Below the pieces are notes generated by a model. That model was not told the origin of the DNA, did not search any database, and worked only from the letters and a program-made list of their open reading frames with translations. Positions 8,887 through 18,363 of a stretch of DNA of 46,995 bases are shown here, one piece after another. The position numbers and the translations under genes are program-made. The DNA is taken from positions 1-46,995 of the forward strand of contig JAJPCT020000003.1 in assembly GCA_021323375.2 (NCBI GenBank), in the 5' to 3' direction. Each line of letters starts with the position of its first letter. The stretch's first letter is position 1. This stretch comes from Candidatus Wolframiiraptor gerlachensis (lineage in GTDB: Archaea; Thermoproteota; Nitrososphaeria_A; Caldarchaeales; Wolframiiraptoraceae).

Positions 8887-9666
8887 ATGACTTATAGGGT
8901 CCAGTTCTTCATAGCTGATGATGAACTTTCGAAGAAAATGTTAAAAGTGATAGATCAAGTGACAAAACTTCTGACAGAGAGGTTCGGCCCTAGAATGACA
9001 TCGTCTTCGAAGGATTTCATAGCCTACGTCCTCACAAATAATACCGTGTCACTTAGCCTCGAGCAGGGGGCGAGCGATACCATTCAGCTGGATATATACT
9101 TCGTGTTGGAGACATATCGGGAGGAGCTTAAGGCAAGGTTTAAAGTGGCGGACTTTCCAGCGGCCATACTAGATGACCGTACTTATATTGCAGAAAAGGC
9201 GCTCGAAATAGCCTCCAAGCTATATAGCCTGCTAAAGACATCTCGTGGAATCAATGATGACGAGCTATTAGCTGGGCTTAAGAAGCTCAGCATCCAAGAA
9301 CCTGTAGCGGAGAGCAAGATAGTTGCTGAAAGATCTTTAAGATCTGCTCTCTCGATCCTGCAAAAAGGAGTGGAGCCGGCAATTAGAGTCGCTAGTAAGG
9401 TTGCCTCGGGTATAATTAGAACAGCTCAGCTATCCACGTCCTCCCCTTTAGGGGGAACGGAAGTAGAAGTTGCTGTAAGTGCTCGACCCAAGTCGGAGCC
9501 AGCTCCTAAAGGCTCGCCAACAGATGGGATCCTCTTCGAGCGTAACGTGATAAGGGCAGGCATATCAGAGTGCTTAGCCAAGCTTGAGAGGCTTCGGGAG
9601 GAGGGCAAAATTGACGAAAATGCTTACAGGAAGATGAAAGCTGTTTACGATGCTTTCTTAAGTTAA
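8887..9666 (+). CDS. Hypothetical protein: thioredoxin-like (no CxxC) N-domain and SHOCT-like C-terminus
   Basis: N-domain shared with 11764-12609; C-terminus LAKLERLREEGKIDENAYRKMKA. Confidence 0.6.
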   Translation: MTYRVQFFIADDELSKKMLKVIDQVTKLLTERFGPRMTSSSKDFIAYVLTNNTVSLSLEQGASDTIQLDIYFVLETYREELKARFKVADFPAAILDDRTYIAEKALEIASKLYSLLKTSRGINDDELLAGLKKLSIQEPVAESKIVAERSLRSALSILQKGVEPAIRVASKVASGIIRTAQLSTSSPLGGTEVEVAVSARPKSEPAPKGSPTDGILFERNVIRAGISECLAKLERLREEGKIDENAYRKMKAVYDAFLS

Positions 9667-9733
9667 TCCATATTCTTGGGAAACATATATATCCAGCTTT
9701 ATCTATTAATACCTCTCTGGCAGGAGTAGGTGG

Positions 9734-10117
9734 GTGATTGAAGTAATGGCATCTAGGTTCGAGTTAATGCGTGAGGTACTGACCCAGCTCTCTCATGGAA
9801 ATCCAGACATATTGGGGTCGGCTATAGTCAGCGAGGATGGGCTTGTCATAGCAAGTGCCCTACCCGAGGGATACGATGATCAGAGGGTCTCAGCGGTTAC
9901 TGCGGCCCTCAGTAGCATAGCTAATCGCGCGGCTCGGCAGATAGCCCTCGGAGAGGTACAGAGAATGATGATATTCGCCGAGAAGGGCGGCGCCATCCTA
10001 TGCTCCGGCAAAAAGGCCTCGCTCGTGGTCCTTACGAAGCCCAACGCCAAGATAGGCCTCGTGCTAATGGATGTGATGGAGGCGGTTGACAAGCTCAAGG
10101 ATGTGTTGGGCTTCTAG
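9734..10117 (+). CDS. Roadblock/LC7 (MglB-like) protein
   Basis: Canonical SAIVSEDGLVIASALP...RVSAVTAAL...AKIGLVL. Confidence 0.92.
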   Translation: MIEVMASRFELMREVLTQLSHGNPDILGSAIVSEDGLVIASALPEGYDDQRVSAVTAALSSIANRAARQIALGEVQRMMIFAEKGGAILCSGKKASLVVLTKPNAKIGLVLMDVMEAVDKLKDVLGF

Positions 10118-11577
10118 CCTTTCCCGGCAGCTATCACGGCCTCGGCCCTACTCTCTCTTACAAGCTTTCCTCTCAGGCATCCTGGATCAGGGGCCAAGTA
10201 ATCCCCATAGTAGGCGTATGCCCTAGCCCTACATCCTCCGCAAACATATCTGTACTCGCAGCTTCCACATGGCTCCTTTAGGAGATCCTTGTCCTTGAGA
10301 TCGTTTATCACCTTGCTGTTCTCCCATATATCCCTCAGCCTCTCACTTCTCAGGCTTCCAACTGGGATTGGTAGGAAGACGCATGGCGTGACCGTGCCAT
10401 CGGGCTGTATTGCCATGTATATTCTGCCCGCACCACATCCACCTACAAACTCCGCAACTGCCCTCAACGTGGAGCTGTGGGGCATCGTGAAATGTGTTGG
10501 AAGGACATCCTCACCACTACTCATCTGCCAAGATACGCGGGCCAGCTGCGGGGCCGTTGAGACTACCTGTATTCTGGACCTAGTCGCCTCACGATAGATA
10601 TTCCTAAGCACATCCTCCCTCTCCTCCGGGGTTAAGTCCAACTCAACCGCTTCTTTTCCCCTACCTGTTGGGATGAAGTTAAAGAACACGACCCTATTCA
10701 CCCCAAGCTCCTCGCCCAGCCTAACCATATCCTCGATCCCATTCTTGTTGAGCTTGGTGACCGTGGCGGCGATCCCAACCGAGACCCTGCCCCCACCATA
10801 CTTGACTACATTCCTGATCCCTTTAACAGCCAGCTCCCAGGCGCCCTTAATCCCCCTAAACATATCATGCTCCTCGGGCTTCGTGGAGTCGAGGCTGACT
10901 TCAACATATCTCAACCCGGCCTCTATCGCGCGCCTAGTGAACTCCTCATCCGCAAACCTTATTCCATTGGTCGCGACAGCCATGTAGATTCCCCTTCTCG
11001 CACCCTCCTCAACCACGCGGAGGAAATCTGGATGAATCGTAGGCTCACCGCCGCTGAGGGCCACGAGCGGTATCCCCATCTCATCCACCTGCCTAATCAC
11101 CTCAAGCCTCTCCTCAGAAGTAAGCTCGCCCGGCCCGGGAATAGGCCCCGCATTCTGATAACAATGAATACACTTGAGATTACATGCATTGGTGAAGTTC
11201 CATACTACGAGGAATGGCGCCGCCAGCTTCTGCGGCACAGTCACGCCATAGCTCAGCAGGCTTCTAAGAACAAGCTCAATCCCCCTCCTAATCGCGGGAT
11301 CACTTATTCCCTGCTCGAACTCCTCACGCCTTATATGCATAAACTTCAACGCCGCCCCGAAAAGCAGCTTACAGAGATAATAGTCCAGCATGCAGCTGAA
11401 GCTAATATTCCCCTCATCCTTATCCCTCCGCGCAAGCATGCTCAAAACATGCTCAAGCCTCGTTCTCGCGCCGCTGGGATCGGGCTCCAGAAACCTCCTA
11501 AGGATAGCTCTCGAGATCCTACTCCCAAAAATCGTCCTAGCAACCTTGATACTATCAGCTTCGAGCGACAAGCCCAC
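10114..11577 (-). CDS. Radical SAM/SPASM domain protein
   Basis: CNLKCIHC, SGGEP, GCGAG...PC...CGSC...CGGCRARA...DPGC. Confidence 0.92.
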   Translation of the reverse strand: MGLSLEADSIKVARTIFGSRISRAILRRFLEPDPSGARTRLEHVLSMLARRDKDEGNISFSCMLDYYLCKLLFGAALKFMHIRREEFEQGISDPAIRRGIELVLRSLLSYGVTVPQKLAAPFLVVWNFTNACNLKCIHCYQNAGPIPGPGELTSEERLEVIRQVDEMGIPLVALSGGEPTIHPDFLRVVEEGARRGIYMAVATNGIRFADEEFTRRAIEAGLRYVEVSLDSTKPEEHDMFRGIKGAWELAVKGIRNVVKYGGGRVSVGIAATVTKLNKNGIEDMVRLGEELGVNRVVFFNFIPTGRGKEAVELDLTPEEREDVLRNIYREATRSRIQVVSTAPQLARVSWQMSSGEDVLPTHFTMPHSSTLRAVAEFVGGCGAGRIYMAIQPDGTVTPCVFLPIPVGSLRSERLRDIWENSKVINDLKDKDLLKEPCGSCEYRYVCGGCRARAYAYYGDYLAPDPGCLRGKLVRESRAEAVIAAGKG

Positions 11578-11763
11578 TTGCCGGGAGTTAGGAGATTATT
11601 ACTAGGGAATAAATTTTCACCTACCCATTAGAGGATGATTCCTGAATAGGTGAAAGCCCGATCATCGAGGGCTATGAGCTTCGCTATCCGAGGTGAACCA
11701 ATTGAGTAGAATTCATAATACTTAGGGCTGAAAAAGCCTAAATAGGATAAACAATCCTATAGC

Positions 11764-12609
11764 TTGGGCCAGTACGACATGCCCTATATGTTATCATTTT
11801 TCATAGCTGAGGATGAGCTCTCGGATAAGATAGCCTCAATATTAAATGATCTTATCGGAAAGGTGAAGGGCTCCGCCAAGATAAGGTACTCAGAGTCCCT
11901 TGGGATGTCGATGACAAGTGTTAGGATAGGCCTGAAATCGGCCCTCGGAAGAGAGGATACTCTAGAGCTCAGGATACATTCGATGTTGGGGAAATATGTT
12001 GATTCCTTAAAGCTTAGGTATGGGTTGCCGGGGATCCCGGCGGTAAAGCTGGGCGAAGCTGTTCGCTGGGGACCGGAAGCGGTTGAGATAACCTCGAAAA
12101 TATATTCGCTATTGGCGGGGGGGGGAGGCGCATCAACGGCTGAGCAATTATTCTACAGCATCGCGAACTACATGCAAGGGCCGCGCGAGATTAGAGAAAT
12201 GCCGGAGGAGCAGGCTGCCCTAGGAGCCGATATAACGCTACAGATGAATAAAATCCAAGAAATCGTGGAATCTCTCAGAAGGGATAACCCGGATATAGCT
12301 GGCTGTGTTATCTTGAATGAGAAAGGGGGGGTTATAGCGCACAGCATCCCGCCCGAGATTGATGAAGAGAGGGTTTCTATGGTGTTTGCCACCCTTCGAA
12401 GCGCGGCCGAGAAGACGGCCCAGCATATGGCGCTTGAGAAGATGAGGCAGTTTGTGATCTTCGCGGAGGGGGGAGGAGCCCTCCTCCAGAGGCATGGCGA
12501 CCTCTTCCTGCTCGTATTCATGAAGCCCGACGCGAAGCTTGGAGCGGTGCTCATGGAGCTTGGATACGCTATTGAGAGGCTCGAGCAGGTCACCAAGGCA
12601 AAGTCCTAG
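11764..12609 (+). CDS. Fusion of thioredoxin-like domain and C-terminal Roadblock/LC7 domain
   Basis: C-terminal half NPDIAGCVILNEKGGVIAHSIP...AKLGAVLM is similar to 9734-10117; N-terminal half is similar to 8887-9666. Confidence 0.8.
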   Translation: MGQYDMPYMLSFFIAEDELSDKIASILNDLIGKVKGSAKIRYSESLGMSMTSVRIGLKSALGREDTLELRIHSMLGKYVDSLKLRYGLPGIPAVKLGEAVRWGPEAVEITSKIYSLLAGGGGASTAEQLFYSIANYMQGPREIREMPEEQAALGADITLQMNKIQEIVESLRRDNPDIAGCVILNEKGGVIAHSIPPEIDEERVSMVFATLRSAAEKTAQHMALEKMRQFVIFAEGGGALLQRHGDLFLLVFMKPDAKLGAVLMELGYAIERLEQVTKAKS

Positions 12610-12615
12610 CACGAT

Positions 12616-13623
12616 ATGATGGTGAAGGCGTCGCTTTACAAGAAAACCGGGGAAGATGCCGTATGCCTAGTATGTGAGAGGACCTGCAGGATAAGCCCCA
12701 ACCTCTACGGCGTGTGCGGAAATTATCGAAACGTTGGTGGAGAGCTTTTTCACGCCGGATACGGGATCCTAAGCGCCATCGAGAGCAGGCCGATTGAGAT
12801 CAAGCCCTTCTTCCATTACTGGCCAAATAGCACGGCCCTAACATTCTCCGGCTATGGATGCAACTTCTACTGCCCATGGTGCCAGAACAGCCACATAAGC
12901 TTCTCAAAGCCGCCGATAGGGGCAAAGCCGACCCCTCCCGAAACCCTCGTAGAAATGGCCCTGAGAAATCGGGATGAGGGGCTCTGCGCGAGCTTCAACG
13001 AGCCCGCAACACTCTTCGACTATCTCCTAGACGTTTTCGAGCTCGGCTCAAAGAGGGGGCTCTACGGCACCCTGGTGACAAATGGATACTTCACTGAACG
13101 CGCCATAGAGATGCTCATAGGGGCAGGCGCAGACGGATTCAGCATAGACATCAAGGGATGCCCATCCGCCAGAGGCGCCCTAACAACAATAGACCACCTC
13201 AAAGTCTTCAGAAACGCCCGGAAAATCCTAGACCTAGGAGGACATGTGGAGATGGTATACCTTGTAGTAACAGGATACAACGACTCAAGAGAATGCGCTG
13301 AATGGATCCTCGAAAAACACCTAGAATACTTGGGCCCGGAAACGCCAATACACATAAACAGATACTACCCGGCAAACTACTGGAAAGAGCCCCCAACACC
13401 CCTCAGCAAACTCCTAGAATTCAGAGAAATAGCCCTGAAAATGGGAATAGAATACGTCTACATCGGAAACGTGGGTTACCCCGATCTCGAGGACACAAAA
13501 TGCCCAAAATGCGGAAAGACCCTGATAAGACGGCGCAGTTATAGGGTTACATATTATAAACTTGATGGAGAAAGTTGCCCAAGATGTGGGTATGGAATAA
13601 AACTTCGGGGAGAGATTTCGTAA
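12616..13623 (+). CDS. amrS: AmmeMemoRadiSam-type radical SAM enzyme (PFL-activating-like)
   Basis: CLVCERTC, PIEIKPFFHYWP, CNFYCPWCQN, NEP, C-terminal CPKCG/CPRCG. Confidence 0.85.
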   Translation: MMVKASLYKKTGEDAVCLVCERTCRISPNLYGVCGNYRNVGGELFHAGYGILSAIESRPIEIKPFFHYWPNSTALTFSGYGCNFYCPWCQNSHISFSKPPIGAKPTPPETLVEMALRNRDEGLCASFNEPATLFDYLLDVFELGSKRGLYGTLVTNGYFTERAIEMLIGAGADGFSIDIKGCPSARGALTTIDHLKVFRNARKILDLGGHVEMVYLVVTGYNDSRECAEWILEKHLEYLGPETPIHINRYYPANYWKEPPTPLSKLLEFREIALKMGIEYVYIGNVGYPDLEDTKCPKCGKTLIRRRSYRVTYYKLDGESCPRCGYGIKLRGEIS

Positions 13624-13629
13624 GTGGGC

Positions 13630-14864
13630 GAAATTTATCACAGCGAATATAATAGGTCTTATTCTTATTCTTATACGTGTTTCTACTATTTCAGCGGTCA
13701 TTAATTTCTCTCATTATGTAACTTTTATTATCTTGCTCCGGAACTTATTTATATAAGTATTCCTGATTCATCACCTCTTCCGTTGCAATAGCTCCTTCTG
13801 GAACAGGAGATTGTTATGCTTTTAGTACCTGTGTTTCTCTCAGCCCAAATAGAGGCAAAGTACGACAGTTTTTCTCTCTCCTGGATCGATTAAAAATTAT
13901 AATATACTCGCATTCACTATCAAATTGTGGTAGATTTTGAGGGGTTATTAAAACATTAATGGAGGTGATGGTGACTGTTTCATTGGCTCCTTTTGGAAGC
14001 TGGACGTCTACAAAAACAAAAAAGTAACTGTTCTCGCTTACCTTCTTAGGAGCAACTATCTTCACATCAAGAGGTACTGAAATTATTGATCCGCGGTTTA
14101 ATACGAATATTACTGCTGTCTTGTCGGGCACCTCTACTATCTGGGGGTTTCCTTCAGGTATCTGGACGAGTTTACCGTTCTCATATAATGCGACGCTATA
14201 GTTTCCCGGGAATATTCCAAATGCTACGGTTACGTTCTCGTTACTGGCTGTTGCCTTATGAGTAAACTTTTCGGGTGATACCTTTCCATTCCCGAGGGGC
14301 GTAACATAGACCTCATACAGCTTTCCTCTCTTCATGTTAATTATGCTGACGGTCAATGTGTATGGGAATACTATGTCAACCAGCCCACCTTCCTTTAAGT
14401 AAACCTTATTTGAGGAGAATATCCTACCCTCTCCGTTACGGCGAGAAATTGCACGATGCCTGTAAATCCATTGACACAGGCTTGGACATTGAGAGTGCCA
14501 TTTCCACCCGGGGTAAACTTAGAAGTTCTCCATTCAAACATGGTTCCGCTGCAGGTATGGATTTCTGCCTGACCACATCTATAGCCCAGATCCTAACAAT
14601 CCTAACACTTACAGGCCCATCATTCGATAGCATCAGCGTTAGCTCTTTCGTTAATACATCTTGCGATACTCCAACTGTTAGTGACTCAGACATCCTATCG
14701 GTATCAAAGATCCTCCGTGAATTTGACTCATTTAGAAAAAGTGCGTAGGAATTCTGCATTAGTATAACTAGCGGCACTATTATCATGAAGAATATCGCTA
14801 GAACTATTGCTCCTCCAGCAACCGCCGAGATACCTCTCCTCCGACCAACATTTCTCCTATACAT
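13630..14864 (-). pseudogene. Frameshifted large pilin-like/adhesin gene (class III signal peptide)
   Basis: RRG|ISAVAGG prepilin start. One-base corrections near 14511 and 14428 give SLPPGGNG...VTERGRIFSS and join ORF 14436-14864 to ORF 13814-14356; further indels near 13890 and 13850. AT-rich; 3' end approximate. Confidence 0.72.
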
Positions 14865-15336
14865 TTTGCCTCACCACGATCATCCATTGAGCATTCTCCA
14901 ACGGGTTATTTGGATTGTATATTGTTAAGGCAATAGCGCGTATCTCGATGACATAGGGCTTCTCGCCGTCAAGCTGACACTTTGATCCCATTTCTAGAGG
15001 ATAAGCGGTATTCATGGACGCGCTAACTCTAGCTATCTCTTGATAACTTATTGGCGGTGGAGAAGCAGATCGCGGGTAAATCGTGCATGAAAGTATTACA
15101 AGATCCACTTTCCCCGGATTTGACACCCAGACAATCCCCCTCTCCCAATCGATAAACTCCACCACAAGCATGCTTCTTTGCTGGGCTATCGCCTTATTCG
15201 TCTCCGCCACAATACCCACTGCTGAAACTCCAGCCCACCCACTAATAACCCCCCAAAGGAACAATCCTAAAAATACGGTCACCGCTGTCATGATAGCCGC
15301 TGAAACAACATAGCTAACGCCCTCTCCCTTTTTCAT
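14857..15336 (-). CDS. Minor pilin-like protein (class III signal peptide)
   Basis: KKGEG|VSYVVSAAIMTAVTVFLGLFLW; VWVSNPG pilin motif. Confidence 0.8.
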   Translation of the reverse strand: MKKGEGVSYVVSAAIMTAVTVFLGLFLWGVISGWAGVSAVGIVAETNKAIAQQRSMLVVEFIDWERGIVWVSNPGKVDLVILSCTIYPRSASPPPISYQEIARVSASMNTAYPLEMGSKCQLDGEKPYVIEIRAIALTIYNPNNPLENAQWMIVVRQNV

Positions 15337-15472
15337 TCGCTTAAAAGGGAATCTAGCCGGTAATTAAGCCTTCAGGATCATAATACTCGACATATGGATC
15401 TTAGCTAGAGTATATCGCGACTTAGCTCCATAGGTTTATTTGCTGGCTAGGGTGGTTTCAGGTTGATCGCCG

Positions 15473-17053
15473 ATGCCCGAGGTGAAGTTTGAGCAGATCT
15501 CGCCGGCAGACTTCTTCTACAGGAACAGGGATATCGCCGGATTCAGCAGTCCAGCCAGATCCCTATACATGAGCATCAGAGAAATTGTAGAAAATTCGTT
15601 GGATGCGGCTGAGGTTGGGAGGATTCCTCCGAATATTATCGTGGAGCTCTCTTGTGAGGGGAATTCTGATGAGGGCGTGGATATCTATAGGCTGAGGGTT
15701 GAGGATAATGGGATTGGCGTCGCGCCCGAGCATATTCCACGGGCTTTCGCCACGGTCTTCTATGGCAGCAAATATGGGTATAAGCAGAGTAGGGGGACCT
15801 TCGGGCTCGGCGGGACAATGGCCCTGCTCTATGGCCAGATAACGACGAATAGGCCGGCTACTGTGATCTCGAGCACTGGTGGGAAGGAGATCCACAAGTT
15901 CGTTCTCATGATAGATATTGTGAAGAATGAGCCAAAGGTCCTCGAGCATGAGGTGATAAGGAACGAGAAGAAATGGCGTGGGACGATAGTCGAGTTCTAT
16001 CTCGAGGCGGATTATTCGACAAGCAAGGCAAAGATAATACAGTATTTCACTCACACGGCTATGGCAAACCCATACGCGACGATAATGTTCATCGATCCGA
16101 AGGGTAGGCTATACTACTACCCGAGAGTAACGACCGAGGTTCCGGAGCCGCCTAAGGAGGCCCTCCCACACCCAGTTGGTGTTGATGTCGAGACTATGTC
16201 AAGGCTTCTCGCCACCTCCAAGGATAGAACTATGCTGAGCTTTCTCATGAACAACTTTCAAAGGGTTGGTGAAAAGACGGCGAGGGAGGTGTTGCAGCTC
16301 GCAGGGATCCCGGAGGATAGGAGCCCGCGCAAGCTGAGCCATGACGAGGTTACAAGGCTTGTGGATGCGATTAAACGGTATGGCAAGTTTAGGGCTCCGG
16401 ATCCATCGAGCCTCAGCCCTATCGGTAGGAAGCTCCTTGAGGTCGGTATACGCAATATGTTGAACCCGGAGTTCCTGTATGTCGTACAGCGGCCGCCCTC
16501 ATCCTACTCCGGATACCCGTTTGTCGTTGAGGTTGGGCTGGCATACGGGGGAGGGGTGCCGGTCTCGGATACGGTCCAGCTTTACAGGTTCGCGAACAAG
16601 ATCCCGCTCCTCTATGATGAGAGGGCCGACGTTTCTTGGAAGGTTGTGAGTGAGCGGATAGACTGGTCCACCTATAAAGTTAGGTTCCCCGCGCCAATCG
16701 CCGTCGTGACTCATATATGCTCGCCCAAGATACCTTACAAGACTGTTGGAAAAGAGGCGATCGCTGATAGGCCTGAGATCGAGAGGGAGCTTGTCGCGGC
16801 GTTGAGGGAGGCTGCTAGGGAGCTAAGGCTTTATCTCAGCAAGGTGGAGAAGCGCGAGATCGCGAGAAAGAAGCTGGACATATACGCCAGATACCTGCCG
16901 CTAATCGCGAAATATTCTGCGGAGCTCGCCGACAGAGAGAAGCCACCCAAAATAGACAAGCTCCTCAAATCGCTCGGGATAGATGAGAAGATGGTTGAGG
17001 AGGCCAAGAGGAAGGCGATGGAGAGGCTTCAGGAGCTCTACGCAACAGGATAG
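15473..17053 (+). CDS. top6B: DNA topoisomerase VI subunit B
   Basis: DFFYRNRDIAGF, EIVENSLDA, EDNGIG, QSRGTFGLG, RFANKIPL. Confidence 0.98.
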   Translation: MPEVKFEQISPADFFYRNRDIAGFSSPARSLYMSIREIVENSLDAAEVGRIPPNIIVELSCEGNSDEGVDIYRLRVEDNGIGVAPEHIPRAFATVFYGSKYGYKQSRGTFGLGGTMALLYGQITTNRPATVISSTGGKEIHKFVLMIDIVKNEPKVLEHEVIRNEKKWRGTIVEFYLEADYSTSKAKIIQYFTHTAMANPYATIMFIDPKGRLYYYPRVTTEVPEPPKEALPHPVGVDVETMSRLLATSKDRTMLSFLMNNFQRVGEKTAREVLQLAGIPEDRSPRKLSHDEVTRLVDAIKRYGKFRAPDPSSLSPIGRKLLEVGIRNMLNPEFLYVVQRPPSSYSGYPFVVEVGLAYGGGVPVSDTVQLYRFANKIPLLYDERADVSWKVVSERIDWSTYKVRFPAPIAVVTHICSPKIPYKTVGKEAIADRPEIERELVAALREAARELRLYLSKVEKREIARKKLDIYARYLPLIAKYSAELADREKPPKIDKLLKSLGIDEKMVEEAKRKAMERLQELYATG

Positions 17054-17150
17054 AATCGCCTCGGGCCGGCCTCGTTTCCAGGCATCGCGGAATCATCTTA
17101 ATAAGCGGCTCGAGGAAGCTTACGTTATCACTCGATGTGGGGTGTCTTAG

Positions 17151-18353
17151 GTGAGGGTGGCTCTTGCTTATAGTGGCGGGCTGGATACAACTGTTCTCTG
17201 CCGATGGCTCAAGGAGAATTATGGGGCGGAGGTGATAACTGTTACAGTTGATGTGGGCCAGCCGACTGATTTTAAGGTGATTGAGGAGAGGGCTTACGCG
17301 GCCGGCGCCTCGAAGCACTATCACGTGGATGCGAGGGACAGGTTTGTCGAGGAGTTCGTGGCACGCGACATATTGTTTAACGGGCTTTATGAGGGTGAGT
17401 ACCCGCTCTCGACGGCGCTCAGCAGGTATCCGATCGCGGAGGAGGTCGCGAAGATAGCCATCAGGGAGGGATGCGATGCCGTGGCCCATGGCTGCACGGG
17501 TAAGGGGAATGATCAGCTTCGGATGGATGCCTCGCTCTCATACTTCCTCCCTGAGGACGTGAAGATACTGGCGCCGGTCAGGGAGCAGAACTGGAGCAGG
17601 GACTGGGAGATTGATTACGCCCTCAAACGCGGCCTGCCGATAGAGGTTAAGGAGAGCAGGTTCAGCATAGATGAGAATATTTGGGGTAGGTCTGTTGAGG
17701 GCGCGGAGCTTGAGGATCCATGGACCGGGCCGCCATGGGAGGCCTTCAAGTGGGTTAGGCCTCCGAGTGAGTGGCCGGATAAGTCCGACGAGATCGTGAT
17801 AAGGTTCGAGTCAGGGCTACCCGTGGCCTTGGATGGTAAGAGGATGAGCTTGAGGGAGATAATCGGCGAGCTTAACGTGAGGCTCGGGAGATATGGCTAT
17901 GGCCTGATAGACCATATCGAGGATAGGGTGATAGGATTGAAGAGCAGGGAGGTTTATGAGGCACCAGCAGCCCTCGCCATAATCAAGTGTCATCAAGATC
18001 TCGAGAAGATGGTTCTACCCGCTAGATGCCTGAGATTTAAGGCCCTTGTCGATAGGGAGTGGACTGATCTGGTTTATGCCGGCTTATGGTATCACCCGCT
18101 CCGCGAGGCATTAGACGAGTTCGTTGATGAGCTGGAGAGGAATGTAAGCGGCGAGGTTAAGTTGACCCTCGAGAAGGGGTCTGCGAGGATCTCTGGGAGG
18201 CGGGCTGATAAAAGCCTCTACGTGAAGGGCCTCATAACATACTCGGCTGAGAGCATCTTCGACCAGCGATATAGCGAGGGTTTCTCAAGAATCTGGAGCC
18301 TCGAGGTAAAGCTCCAGAAGTTCATGCGAGGTGCTGGGCGCGGGGGGAGATAG
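17151..18353 (+). CDS. argG: Argininosuccinate synthase
   Basis: LAYSGGLDT, HGCTGKGNDQ, SIDENIWG, KSREVYE. Confidence 0.98.
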   Translation: MRVALAYSGGLDTTVLCRWLKENYGAEVITVTVDVGQPTDFKVIEERAYAAGASKHYHVDARDRFVEEFVARDILFNGLYEGEYPLSTALSRYPIAEEVAKIAIREGCDAVAHGCTGKGNDQLRMDASLSYFLPEDVKILAPVREQNWSRDWEIDYALKRGLPIEVKESRFSIDENIWGRSVEGAELEDPWTGPPWEAFKWVRPPSEWPDKSDEIVIRFESGLPVALDGKRMSLREIIGELNVRLGRYGYGLIDHIEDRVIGLKSREVYEAPAALAIIKCHQDLEKMVLPARCLRFKALVDREWTDLVYAGLWYHPLREALDEFVDELERNVSGEVKLTLEKGSARISGRRADKSLYVKGLITYSAESIFDQRYSEGFSRIWSLEVKLQKFMRGAGRGGR

Positions 18354-18363
18354 GTTCCCTGTT

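Noticed and set aside
10867-11631. Long antisense or overlapping ORFs (e.g. 10867-11631, 2329-2952, 37123-37701)
   Set aside because: They are shadows of well-supported genes on the opposite strand and have no motifs of their own.
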